A DNA stretch of 64,000 nucleotides from Minisyncoccia bacterium (GCA_041485695.1 JBGPJZ010000002.1:1499-65498); one strand, 5' to 3'; shown: positions 26,112 to 38,247, counted from the stretch's first letter. The notes: generated by a model from the sequence alone, not told the origin. A program made the numbers and translations.

Positions 26112-27662
26112 CTATTCTTTTGAGCGAATGACCCACTTTTGCTTAATGCCTGGGTGGAAATATTTCGGGTGCTCGTGGGGCCAAAACGTGATTTTCGGGA
26201 TAACCTTCTCACCCATTGCGCTCAAATTGTTCTGGTACTCGGCACTATTACGTGCAAGGCTTTCGACGACCGCAGCGACAACTGTTTTTTTCAAGTCATC
26301 GGTAGCCTCTTGCTTTGCTTGAAGCTCTATATTGAGTTCAAGATACTCGTTGTGCTTCGAGTCATGTTCGGTCGTCATCGTGAAGCGGCCAGTGATAGAG
26401 CGTTCGAGCTCTGACTTTTGGAGCCCGATTTTTACATGCTCAGGAAAAATGATGGCGCCGTAGAGCTTAACCGAGAGGTCCGAGCGTTCATACACATATA
26501 CAAAGGGGAGCTGGTGCACTGTCTCTGCGATACCGGCGCGTTTAATCTCTGCCCCAAGATTAATGCCGGCATCTTTAGCTGCCTCTTGTACCTCAGTAAA
26601 AGTAAACACCCCACCTTGATCCCCGATGTCGTAGCGAATAAAGGGCAACACGGTACCATCGGTCGCGTAGATGCGACCATCTTCGCTTTCTTCAAACGAA
26701 ACGAAGCTCGGGATGTATTGCGCAAGGGTCGGGAGCCGATGCGCCTCCTTAAAAATCTTGCGATAGAAGGTGTCGTTCTTGAGTGCGAGGCGGCGTACGA
26801 GTATCGAGAGCGGCGTCTCGGTCGCCATAGTACCGAGCTCCGCACTCCCGTAGATGTTCATGACACTGCGGTACGGATCCTTGGCCCCTGTCTTTTGCAT
26901 CAAATAATCACGGAAATGTTCTGAAAATGCCTCTGCAGCACAGACGATGCGGACATCCCACCGCTTCCATTCCACACCGAACAACGGGCCATCATCAATA
27001 AGATCCTTCATAAAGGGCGGGTAGCCGCAGAGTATGAGCTGATCGTACGAGGGCGCGATGTGCGTAAGAGCCTCGAAAATCTCCTTTTTATTAACGCCCG
27101 GGGTAATAACCGTGAGCGGGCGGCCGTCTTTAGAGATTCGGCGGAATGCCTCGTAGGTCAAAAGCCCCCCTATCCACACGCCCATGCCAAAACAAACGAC
27201 CACCAAGGTCGACTTTTTTGGGTCAAGACCGCTCCGCTCTACGAACAGGCGGTGGTAGAGCATTGACTGCTCATGTACGTCATCAGTGCGCGGGATGTAG
27301 AACGGCTGACCAGTTGAACCAGAGGTGGAGGTCATCACGAGAGGTTCATGAGTGAGAGCTCCCGCTACACAAAGCTTATCCCACGGATGCACGCGCAAAT
27401 AATTTGTTTTAGAAGTGGGTGGAATCTTCTGTAAATCTTTAACGGTACGTATCTCCGTGCCATCGACGCCCATCTGCCCCAAGAATTTCCGATAGCCTGG
27501 TACGTTTTTGAAAGCGTTTTTGAAATGCTTGATTATTGCTGCGTTTTGAACGCGTACCCAATCAGCACTGTCGTTCATGGTCAATTCTGCAAGAAAAGCT
27601 GCAGGGGTTGACACTTCCCGCTTCGCTACCTTGGTTTTATGCGCCACCGGGCGAGTTTTCAT
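26112..27662 (-). CDS. Phenylacetate-CoA ligase (PaaK)-like adenylate-forming enzyme
   Basis: TSTSGSTGQP, GYPPF, NIYGSAE, PFIRYDIGD. Confidence 0.88.
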   Translation of the reverse strand: MKTRPVAHKTKVAKREVSTPAAFLAELTMNDSADWVRVQNAAIIKHFKNAFKNVPGYRKFLGQMGVDGTEIRTVKDLQKIPPTSKTNYLRVHPWDKLCVAGALTHEPLVMTSTSGSTGQPFYIPRTDDVHEQSMLYHRLFVERSGLDPKKSTLVVVCFGMGVWIGGLLTYEAFRRISKDGRPLTVITPGVNKKEIFEALTHIAPSYDQLILCGYPPFMKDLIDDGPLFGVEWKRWDVRIVCAAEAFSEHFRDYLMQKTGAKDPYRSVMNIYGSAELGTMATETPLSILVRRLALKNDTFYRKIFKEAHRLPTLAQYIPSFVSFEESEDGRIYATDGTVLPFIRYDIGDQGGVFTFTEVQEAAKDAGINLGAEIKRAGIAETVHQLPFVYVYERSDLSVKLYGAIIFPEHVKIGLQKSELERSITGRFTMTTEHDSKHNEYLELNIELQAKQEATDDLKKTVVAAVVESLARNSAEYQNNLSAMGEKVIPKITFWPHEHPKYFHPGIKQKWVIRSKE

Positions 27663-27925
27663 TGAAAACGAACTATACCACACGCCTCTATATTAAGCAA
27701 GCACCACAAAAAGGTTATCCCCACCCCCTTGTAAAGAAAAACGGAGGCCCAATTATGGGCCTCCGCCAGAGATGAGACCAAAATCAAGGGTTTTGACTAT
27801 CGACGAGACTACTATAAGGCATGTAAAAAAGCAAGTTTGGATAATCGGAACAAAATGCTATGCTCGCGGGAAGTGTCCTTTGACGAAATTTTTCGTCTGT
27901 CGCTCAAACAAAGAGGATCTAAGAA

Positions 27926-28474
27926 ATGATGTGCGTACAAGAAGACGCTCACGACCTGTTCAAACTGCTTGAAGAGGCCTACCCGTTCAGCGAGACGCTG
28001 TATGCCGGATGGACCGCATTGAGCCCCGAGCAAAGACGTGCTTTTGCTCTCACAACCATCGTGCGGAGGATGCATCGCGCTATCGACGATGCACGCAACA
28101 GCCCACGCCGGTACAGCGTCCGAGCATTTGCTCTTGCCGCGAGAGCAGCGACCATCGTTGAGCTCCCTCTTGCGCGATTCTCGGATGCGCTTGAAAACGC
28201 CGAGCTGGCCGCCAAACTCATTCGCGTTGCTGATGGCAGAGGGCTCGAAATGACCGACGCGCTTACTTGGTCGGTCATCGAGCTTTTCTTACGCTGCGAG
28301 TCGTTCGTACGGCATAATCGTGGAGGAGAGTCCTTGCATACTGCCGTCACGAATGTATGCGTTCTCGCGGCGGCGTTCGCCTCATATAACGGCGCAACCT
28401 TCAACGAGGTTCTCGTTGAAGTTCGTCGAAAAGCGCGAAAAGCTGCACCTGCGAACCTTATGACGATAGATTGA
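27926..28474 (+). CDS. Helical hypothetical protein
   Basis: 182-aa ORF with GAGG SD; no recognisable motif. Confidence 0.55.
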   Translation: MMCVQEDAHDLFKLLEEAYPFSETLYAGWTALSPEQRRAFALTTIVRRMHRAIDDARNSPRRYSVRAFALAARAATIVELPLARFSDALENAELAAKLIRVADGRGLEMTDALTWSVIELFLRCESFVRHNRGGESLHTAVTNVCVLAAAFASYNGATFNEVLVEVRRKARKAAPANLMTID

Positions 28475-28550
28475 CTCGCTGTCGGTAGCTAGCAACGGCG
28501 CTCTCGAGTGAGGGCGCCGTTTTTGTATGAAAACGCTCTATACTGAGCAG

Positions 28551-29585
28551 ATGGCTGTCCCACAAAGAATCTTCGTAGCAATCGCCTTGGCGGGGCTCCT
28601 TGCCCTGCCCTTTTCGGCCATGGCGGCAACGAAAACATCAGCCTACCACCCTGTACGCTTGTTTTATTATACCGACGGCAAGGTAGCGAAAAAAGATTTC
28701 TTCGCGCACGCAAGCTCAATCGACATCTTCGCGCCGCAGATATACCAGATCGAGCCTGACGGCACCCTAAGCGGCACCCTAAACCAAGACCTCATCGACT
28801 TCGCTAAAAAACACAAGATTAAGATCATGCCGCTCGTAACGAATGACGGTTTTAGCTCAAAGGGCCATGAAGCGCTCCTTGAAAGCACCTCGACACAAGC
28901 GCTTGCCTTAAATGCTCTCGTCACTGAAGCCAGAAATAAAGGCTATGCCGGGTGGCAGTTCGACTTTGAGCAGATGGATGCGAGCTACCGCGACAAATTC
29001 TCGACGTTTATTACGCGTGCGGCCGAAGCTTTTAAGCAAGCGGGACTTACCTTAAGTGTCGCGGTTGTGGCCAAGACCTCTGATAACCCGAGCGATTACC
29101 CGAACGACCTCTGGCAAAAGCTCATCGGCGCGTACGACTATGATGCCCTCGCGAAGAGCGCCGATTTCATAAGCGTGATGAGCTACGACGACCCGACCTC
29201 GCACGGCCCCTCCGTACAGTTTGCTTGGTTACAAAAAGTCCTTACCTACTCGCTTGCGCATATACCAAAAGAGAAGTTGTCTCTCGGTCTCGCCCTCTAC
29301 TACTGGGCGCGAGATACGGCGACCGGCAAGCTTATCGGCATCGGCGGTAATGAGACCATCGATAGGATTTTCGCCAAACGGAAGGTCGTCGTTACCTATG
29401 ACACCGTCAACAGGATGCCGGTCTTGCATTACCAGGCCGACGGTACGCTCTACTCGCTCTGGTATGAGAACGCGCGAAGCATCAAAGAAAAACTCGCGCT
29501 TGTTAAAACGAACAAGCTCTATGGCTTTTCAGCATGGTCGCTTGGTCTCGGAGTACCAAGCGTCTACAGTACGCTACGCAATTAA
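28551..29585 (+). CDS. Secreted GH18 family glycoside hydrolase (YaaH/YdhD-like)
   Basis: Signal peptide; GWQFDFE catalytic motif, MSYD, SAWSLG. Confidence 0.88.
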   Translation: MAVPQRIFVAIALAGLLALPFSAMAATKTSAYHPVRLFYYTDGKVAKKDFFAHASSIDIFAPQIYQIEPDGTLSGTLNQDLIDFAKKHKIKIMPLVTNDGFSSKGHEALLESTSTQALALNALVTEARNKGYAGWQFDFEQMDASYRDKFSTFITRAAEAFKQAGLTLSVAVVAKTSDNPSDYPNDLWQKLIGAYDYDALAKSADFISVMSYDDPTSHGPSVQFAWLQKVLTYSLAHIPKEKLSLGLALYYWARDTATGKLIGIGGNETIDRIFAKRKVVVTYDTVNRMPVLHYQADGTLYSLWYENARSIKEKLALVKTNKLYGFSAWSLGLGVPSVYSTLRN

Positions 29586-31108
29586 ACAAAACCCGGGAAA
29601 AAGTCTGTTTTGATGTGGCGCTTCGGAATATCCATGTCGGCGAGGATTTCCTCAAATGCGGTAACCATGCCGTGGGGGCCGGAGAGGTAGAAGGTGCACT
29701 CTGCAAAATCAGGCACTTCCCTCTTAATGACGCCAGCCGTAATCGCCGGCACTGCGCTCGGAAGTTCTTGCGGCACGGCGCCCGGGTCAGTAAACGCGTA
29801 CACTGTCTTTATGCCGAGCTTCTCCTTGGCAAGAGCCAGCATCTGGTGATACGCGACGTCAGCGGGCGTCTTATTCGCATAAAAAAGCGTAATGGGACGA
29901 ACTTCTTGGGTATCTAAGAGATATTGTATTTGGCTCCGAAAGGGAGTAATGCCGATGCCGCCTGCGATAAAGACGAGCTTCTTCTTTATATCTTTGGGCA
30001 GGACGAAGTTTCCGCCTAGTTGAGAGGCGATGATGGTGTCGCCCGGCTTCATGGTGAGCAGACGTTTTTTAAAGGTGCTCCCGTTTTGGTAAAACTTTAC
30101 GCCGAGCCGTAATTCGTGCTCGGTGGGAGACGACGCTATCGTAAAGAAACGCCGGATGCCGCGCGTGTCGGGCCACGCATGAGCTAGTGTCCATTCGAGA
30201 TACTGCCCTGGTTTAAATAAGAGCGGTTTTTCGCTTGTGAATACTAAGTCGAACGTGTCTCGGGTAAGACGTGCCCGCCCTTTCAAGGTCAAAATGAGTT
30301 TGCGCTTAGGGCTTACGAGGTACGAAAAGGCGTTGCCGACCAGGAGCGCAAGCTCGGGGGTTGAGTAGATCGACCCGAGGTGCACAAACGGCGCGAAGAG
30401 GAAGCCAACCAACCCGCCATAGGTTATGCGGAGCAACTTTGAGGGCGGCGTGGTAAAGGGCTCGGTAAGCATCACCGATGCAAAGAAAATTAAGGGCGCA
30501 GTGACAAGGCCGCTGTTGAGGGAGGCGAGAACATTCCCGCCGACGCTTACCGCGCGAGCCATGATACTGATAAGCGCGACGATGAAGAATGCCCAAAAGA
30601 GATCGAGCCGTCGCATCTTATGGATAACGAGGAAGCCGCCGACGATGACGAACGGCAGCATGACCCCTGTGCCGACCCACCAGCTCGCTCCGAGGCCGAG
30701 CGCGAGCGAGGTTGCCGCAACACCGAATGCCGCCGGATTAAAGAGGTGTTTTTTGCCGATGGCAAGGATATATTTCGACCCCGTCGAGAGAGCCGCCGCC
30801 CATCCGGCAAGAATCAAAAATCGAGCATCGACGTACGAAGAGGGCGGCGCAATGATGAGCGCCAAAATGAGAGCGGTGATATAGAGAGATTCTGGGTTCG
30901 AAGGTGCTCTAAATGCCCACGCGAAGGCTTTGTTAACTACCCACGAGACAGCAAGCAGGTAGACGATCGAAAGCGCGAGGAACTGCGGTAAGAAAGGGAG
31001 CTGACCGAAATACGAGAGGGACTCGGCAACGATAAGTAAAAAGATCAGCTCGTATAAGGCGAGCCGATACATCGTGATTCTATCGACGACGGAATCAATC
31101 CATTTCAT
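29582..31108 (-). CDS. RnfD/NqrB-like membrane domain fused to FNR-type NAD(P)H/FAD oxidoreductase
   Basis: HLFNPAAFG, MLTEPFTTP; RRFFTIASSP, AGGIGITPF, YLSGP. Confidence 0.88.
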   Translation of the reverse strand: MKWIDSVVDRITMYRLALYELIFLLIVAESLSYFGQLPFLPQFLALSIVYLLAVSWVVNKAFAWAFRAPSNPESLYITALILALIIAPPSSYVDARFLILAGWAAALSTGSKYILAIGKKHLFNPAAFGVAATSLALGLGASWWVGTGVMLPFVIVGGFLVIHKMRRLDLFWAFFIVALISIMARAVSVGGNVLASLNSGLVTAPLIFFASVMLTEPFTTPPSKLLRITYGGLVGFLFAPFVHLGSIYSTPELALLVGNAFSYLVSPKRKLILTLKGRARLTRDTFDLVFTSEKPLLFKPGQYLEWTLAHAWPDTRGIRRFFTIASSPTEHELRLGVKFYQNGSTFKKRLLTMKPGDTIIASQLGGNFVLPKDIKKKLVFIAGGIGITPFRSQIQYLLDTQEVRPITLFYANKTPADVAYHQMLALAKEKLGIKTVYAFTDPGAVPQELPSAVPAITAGVIKREVPDFAECTFYLSGPHGMVTAFEEILADMDIPKRHIKTDFFPGFV

Positions 31109-31854
31109 GCTGTGCGGGTATACGCATCAAAACCGCTCGTCATGGTAGCAATCCCTTGTGGGTCGATAGCGTACGCTTCAAAGCCAGGAAGCCGTTCGAG
31201 AAACTCGAGCCCTTTCATCCCCATGGCAAACGCGGCGGTTGCAAATCGGTCCGCCTCAAGCACATCAGGGCCGATGACCGTAAGGCTCACGATGTCGTCT
31301 ATAACAGCGTTGGGGGCATGCGGGTCGTAGATATGCTGGCCGCGAATATAGGTGCCCGAGGTGGCTACCCCTGAACCTCGCGGATAGATGACTTTCACGA
31401 TTTGATCTCGATTGAACGGGTTCCGAATGCCGACGTTCCACTCCTCACCCTCGGCATTCTTGCCATTTGAAGCGATGTCGCCGCCCGCATCGACATAAAA
31501 ATCTTCAAACCCCCGTAAACGCAACATCTCGGCGGCGTTCAGTATCGCCCAACCCTTCACCACGCCCGAGGGGTCGAGCGTGCCATCAGATTTTTTGATA
31601 TCAAAGTAACCACCGGTTTCTTTTTTTGTCTTCTCTGCTAGTTTGAAAATCTCTCGCATGTCGTCACTGCACTCCTCCTTCACAAGCTCGCCCCGGTTAA
31701 TTCGCATGATTTCGCTCTCGGGTTTGTAGGTGCTGAACCGCTTATCAACTGCGATAAAATATGAAAAGACTTCTTCTAGGCCCTCTTCGGTCGCCAACGC
31801 ATCCGCAATGTCGACCGTGATGGGCATGCCCATGATGTCTTTCGTGGCGCGCAT
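31105..31854 (-). CDS. apbE: FAD:protein FMN transferase (ApbE family)
   Basis: DPSGVVKGW, DAGGD, VATSGTY, HIYDP, ADRFATA. Confidence 0.92.
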   Translation of the reverse strand: MRATKDIMGMPITVDIADALATEEGLEEVFSYFIAVDKRFSTYKPESEIMRINRGELVKEECSDDMREIFKLAEKTKKETGGYFDIKKSDGTLDPSGVVKGWAILNAAEMLRLRGFEDFYVDAGGDIASNGKNAEGEEWNVGIRNPFNRDQIVKVIYPRGSGVATSGTYIRGQHIYDPHAPNAVIDDIVSLTVIGPDVLEADRFATAAFAMGMKGLEFLERLPGFEAYAIDPQGIATMTSGFDAYTRTA

Positions 31855-31857
31855 GCG

Positions 31858-32460
31858 TTATACCTTTGCCTTCGCGAGCGCCGAGGCGAGCGACTCGCGA
31901 AAGGCGATGCTCGAATCGGTCGCACCCGAGATAATATTGACAGAGGCGTTTTGGGCTGTAATCGCCTCCTGCTTCAAGTACGGCATAGCTTGGCTGTTAA
32001 TCTCGCGCGAAGTACTGCGATCGTTCGGGTATTGCAAAAATCGTACGTCCACGATTTTCCCTCCCGAAATGATGGTCTCGACTTGAATGAGCCCGTAATA
32101 CGCGTCGGCTACGGTGCCTACAAAAGTGCCGTCAGCATATTGGCCTACTGGTTTAGGTGCAGGCGTTGGCGCAGGTGCCGGAGCAGGAATAGCGACTGGA
32201 GCGGGAGCGCTTACAGAACCTCCTTCATTTTCCGAGTCGCTAGACCCCTCCCCCCGCCCTTCGTCGCTGCCCCCCGTGATTACGGGCGAAGGAGGAGCGG
32301 CAGTGGGAAGCGTGGCATTTGTCACCCCAGTATTTGAGATTGCTCCGCTTGGTGCTGGCGTCAGGCCCGTCGCAGAGGCAACGGGCCCGTAGAGGTGCTG
32401 GTAGAGGGCTTGGGCCGCGAAAGCGGACACGAAAACAAACGAGAATAGAGCCTTCCTCAT
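31858..32460 (-). CDS. Extracytosolic FMN-binding protein
   Basis: N-terminal anchor, Pro/Ala linker, ISGATDSS flavinylation motif. Confidence 0.9.
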   Translation of the reverse strand: MRKALFSFVFVSAFAAQALYQHLYGPVASATGLTPAPSGAISNTGVTNATLPTAAPPSPVITGGSDEGRGEGSSDSENEGGSVSAPAPVAIPAPAPAPTPAPKPVGQYADGTFVGTVADAYYGLIQVETIISGGKIVDVRFLQYPNDRSTSREINSQAMPYLKQEAITAQNASVNIISGATDSSIAFRESLASALAKAKV

Positions 32461-32493
32461 TGCCTCTATAGTACGCTTAAATGGCCTAATAGT

Positions 32494-32524
32494 TGCAAAA
32501 ACCGCCCTCTCTGGCGGTTTTTGC
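32494..32524. terminator. Bidirectional-type terminator downstream of tRNA-fMet
   Basis: GCAAAAACCGCC-loop-GGCGGTTTTTGC. Confidence 0.75.
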
Positions 32525-32531
32525 TAACTTG

Positions 32532-32602
32532 TTGCGGGGGGCCGACTTGCACGGCCATCTCGAGGTTATGAGCCTCGCGAATTACTATTACTCTACCCCG
32601 CT
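32532..32602 (-). tRNA. Initiator tRNA-fMet(CAT)
   Basis: AGCGGGG/CCCCGCA with 1:72 mismatch, CGAGG-CTCATAA-CCTCG, T arm GGCCG-TGCAAGT-CGGCC. Confidence 0.88.
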
Positions 32603-32642
32603 ATCAGCCGCAGTATAGTGGCGAAAAATACAAATTGCAAGA

Positions 32643-33212
32643 TTAGATAAATCCGAATTCGCGAAAGACGAGCTCATAGCGCGCCATGGTGCGGCGTGCG
32701 AGCGTCTCAGAGAGGTCGAAGGCCGAGCCATTGTGGGCAATTTGATTACGCACTTTGTGCGCCTCCCACGCATCTTGAAGCGTATCGAAGTCGGAGGGCT
32801 CGACTTGCTTCAGCTTCTCCCCCACCCCGTCGCCCGAGTAGCCCTGCCGCGTGAGCATCTCATCAAGGATGATGTCGGCTTCGATGATGGCCTGGCGCCA
32901 ATCAGAAGGCTCCTTGCTCGCCATCAAGGTCTCGATGTGTTCCCAGCGGGCATTCGGTCCCGAAGTCTCTTCGGAGACGTGGATTTCGCCGAGCTGCTCT
33001 TCTTCGCGCTTTCGCAAATCATAGATCTTCACCATCGCGTACGTGATGAAGAGGAGGCCGAGGACGATAACGATGTAGCCTATCCACGTAATCCACAGCC
33101 AGATCGATGCAAGAAGCGTTCCCCAATTGCCACCGACGGCGCAACTGCCAGTGAAGCATTCGTAAATGACACGGAACCAGTATTCGAGATTGATGCCGGT
33201 CTCATTGCCCAT
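32643..33212 (-). CDS. Conserved-looking membrane-anchored hypothetical protein
   Basis: One TM then WRQAIIEADIILDE...AWEAHKVRNQIAH (R-x4-H, HEPN-like). Confidence 0.75.
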   Translation of the reverse strand: MGNETGINLEYWFRVIYECFTGSCAVGGNWGTLLASIWLWITWIGYIVIVLGLLFITYAMVKIYDLRKREEEQLGEIHVSEETSGPNARWEHIETLMASKEPSDWRQAIIEADIILDEMLTRQGYSGDGVGEKLKQVEPSDFDTLQDAWEAHKVRNQIAHNGSAFDLSETLARRTMARYELVFREFGFI

Positions 33213-33220
33213 GCTTCAAA

Positions 33221-34720
33221 TTATACGGCACTGGCGATTGAAAAAAGGCGTTCTTCAGCCTGGTGAGGCGCAGTGAAGTGGATGCCAACCGGAAGGCCAT
33301 TTACGTCTCCCATCGGCACCGAGATGGCGGGCATGCCGGTGAGGTTCGCGGTGACGGTGAAGATGTCTTCGAGATACATTGCAACCGGGTCCGACTTCTC
33401 GCCGATTTTGAACGCCGATGCGGCGGTCGTCGGGAATGCGATGACATCGCATTTTTTGAAAGCCTCATTGTACTCGCGACGCAAAAGCTCTCTCGATGCG
33501 TCGGCCTTGCGATAGTAGGCATCGATATAACCCGAGGAGAGGACGAAGGTGCCGAGCAAGATGCGGCGGCGCGTTTCGGGGCCGAAACCTTCGGTACGCG
33601 ACTTTATGTAATCCTCAAGCAAGGTCGCACCGCCCCTCGTCAGGGACTTCGCTGCGTCGCGTGCGGCGTGACCATAGCGCATACCATCAAGCCGCGCGAG
33701 GTTGGTCGAGACTTCAGCCGGCATCACGACGTAGTAGGACGCGAGCGCATACTCGCTCGTGGGGAGTTTAATATCCACTATGTCATACCCCTCTGCTTTC
33801 AGCTTTCCGATTGTTTTTTCAAATGCCGAGAGTACTTCTGCATCAATGCCCTTCTTGAGTAGATGTCGCGGGACTCCGATTCGCATGACCCGTATCGTTC
33901 CAGAGCCAGCGCCTGCGAAAAAGTCCTCGGGTCTCCCGTCTGGGTCGGGCCAGACTGTTTTCTCGGCATCTGTCTCCTTCACTACATGCGCGCCGAGTGT
34001 TTGCGAATCCATCGCGTCTCGGCCAGCGATTGCGTCGTATAAAATCTTCGCGTCCTCGACTGTTTTTGCCAGTGGGCCGATCTGGTCGAGCGAGGAGCCC
34101 ATCGCGATGAGGCCGTAGCGAGAGACGGCGCCATAGGTGGGCTTCAGGCCGACGATGCCGCAGTGCGCCGCAGGCTGGCGAATAGAGCCGCCCGTATCGC
34201 TCCCTAAGGCCGCGATGCAGAGATGTGCGGCGACTGCGGCGGAGGAGCCGCCGGAGGAGCCGCCGGGCACGCGCGAGGTATCATGCGGATTCTTCGTCAC
34301 GCCGAAGGCCGAGTGCTCGGTCGAAGAGCCCATCGCGAACTCGTCCATGTTGGTGCGGCCGAGGAAAAGTGCGTTTTGAGTTTTGAGTCTCGAGATGACG
34401 GTCGCGCTGTAAGGGGCACGATAGTTCGCGAGCATTTTAGAAGCGGCACTCGCGATTTTCCCTTCAATCAAGATGTTGTCTTTGATTGCGAGCGGGATGC
34501 CGCAGAGAAGTGGCGCAGCATCCCCTTCCCTCTCGATGCGTTCTTGCGCCGCTTTTATCGCCGCATCATCAGCATTAAAAATCTCGAGGTACGCATTCAA
34601 TTCAGGATTCTTCGCGTGCGCGACCTCTGCGCACGCGTCCCACAGTTCTTGCACGCTAAATTCTTTTGCCCGCAATCCTCGAGCAGCATCAACAATCGTC
34701 AGTTGATTCAGCTTACTCAT
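33221..34720 (-). CDS. gatA: Asp/Glu-tRNA amidotransferase subunit A
   Basis: IKDNI, NMDEFAMGSS, GGSSGGS, GSDTGGSIRQPA. Confidence 0.96.
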   Translation of the reverse strand: MSKLNQLTIVDAARGLRAKEFSVQELWDACAEVAHAKNPELNAYLEIFNADDAAIKAAQERIEREGDAAPLLCGIPLAIKDNILIEGKIASAASKMLANYRAPYSATVISRLKTQNALFLGRTNMDEFAMGSSTEHSAFGVTKNPHDTSRVPGGSSGGSSAAVAAHLCIAALGSDTGGSIRQPAAHCGIVGLKPTYGAVSRYGLIAMGSSLDQIGPLAKTVEDAKILYDAIAGRDAMDSQTLGAHVVKETDAEKTVWPDPDGRPEDFFAGAGSGTIRVMRIGVPRHLLKKGIDAEVLSAFEKTIGKLKAEGYDIVDIKLPTSEYALASYYVVMPAEVSTNLARLDGMRYGHAARDAAKSLTRGGATLLEDYIKSRTEGFGPETRRRILLGTFVLSSGYIDAYYRKADASRELLRREYNEAFKKCDVIAFPTTAASAFKIGEKSDPVAMYLEDIFTVTANLTGMPAISVPMGDVNGLPVGIHFTAPHQAEERLFSIASAV

Positions 34721-35003
34721 GGCTGATGACCTGCTTCACCACAAGCGCATTGCCCTCTTTCTCCGGAAATGCTTCCACGAGCTTTTCCGTCCACGTCCCT
34801 GCAGATGTGGGGTTCTCATCCGCACGGAACACGTTCCGTAACGCTGGCATGCTTTTTAAATCTTTAGGCAAATCTAATTTCTCTAACTGCCCCACATACG
34901 CCAAAATTGCCTCAAATTCTTTCGTGAATTTCGGCAATTCCTCCTCGCTCACTTCTATCCGCACCAAGCTCGCAAGTTTTTTTACCTCTTCAGCCGTTGC
35001 CAT
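34713..35003 (-). CDS. gatC: Asp/Glu-tRNA amidotransferase subunit C
   Basis: VKKLASLVRI...ILAYVGQL...NVFRAD; upstream of gatA. Confidence 0.9.
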   Translation of the reverse strand: MATAEEVKKLASLVRIEVSEEELPKFTKEFEAILAYVGQLEKLDLPKDLKSMPALRNVFRADENPTSAGTWTEKLVEAFPEKEGNALVVKQVISHE

Positions 35004-35015
35004 ACGCCTACTCTA

Positions 35016-37605
<2,590 letters not shown>

Positions 37606-37615
<10 letters not shown>

Positions 37616-38247
37616 GGCGAAAGGTAATCAGTAAGAACGATCGAATTCGTTACCCCATGGTAGGTCCATGACACGGTCGATACCACTTCGACCTCTGGAC
37701 CGAAGCTATAGAACCGGAGCGATCGAGTAAATAAAGGGGCGCCTGAAGCCGTAAGCGTGTACTGCCCGCCCGAGAGGTAGAGGGTTGGACACGAGTTCAC
37801 CGATGGACAGACCTGGAGTGCCTTGCCAGACCCGATACCAATCGCGAATGAAGGGTCAAGCGCACAGGCAACCGTACCGTCACCTCCCGGAGAACCCCCA
37901 GGATTACTGATTGCATTATAGGGATTGCCTTCGCATCCATAAATCGAAGTATCCACCCCGCTCACGCCGTTGGTAAAGTCATCATAGAACGCGGTCGACG
38001 AGAGATCGGCGACGTTGTTCTGGTAATCGGCGAGATAGGTATTATCGCGGAGCATTCGGACATATTCGATGCCCTCTTGAGCCAGATACGAGGCCATCAG
38101 GCGGTTCTTAGAATCGACCGCGGCGAGGTATGAGCGTACTGAAGACGAGAACGGCCCCGCTATCGCAACCGTAACGAGAGCAGTCGCAACCAAGGCCTCA
38201 ATCAAGGTGAATCCCGTCCTTTTGCATGTAGACAAGGCTGGGATCAT
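37606..38247 (-). CDS. PilV-like minor pilin
   Basis: GFTLIEALV, YLAQEGIEYVR. Confidence 0.85.

Noticed and set aside
27742-27763. Hairpin GGAGGCCCA-ATTA-TGGGCCTCC in a divergent intergenic region
   Set aside because: Single hairpin without U-tract or recognisable riboswitch features; function cannot be supported
32130-32300. Pro/Ala repeats in the FMN-binding protein
   Set aside because: Ordinary flexible linker
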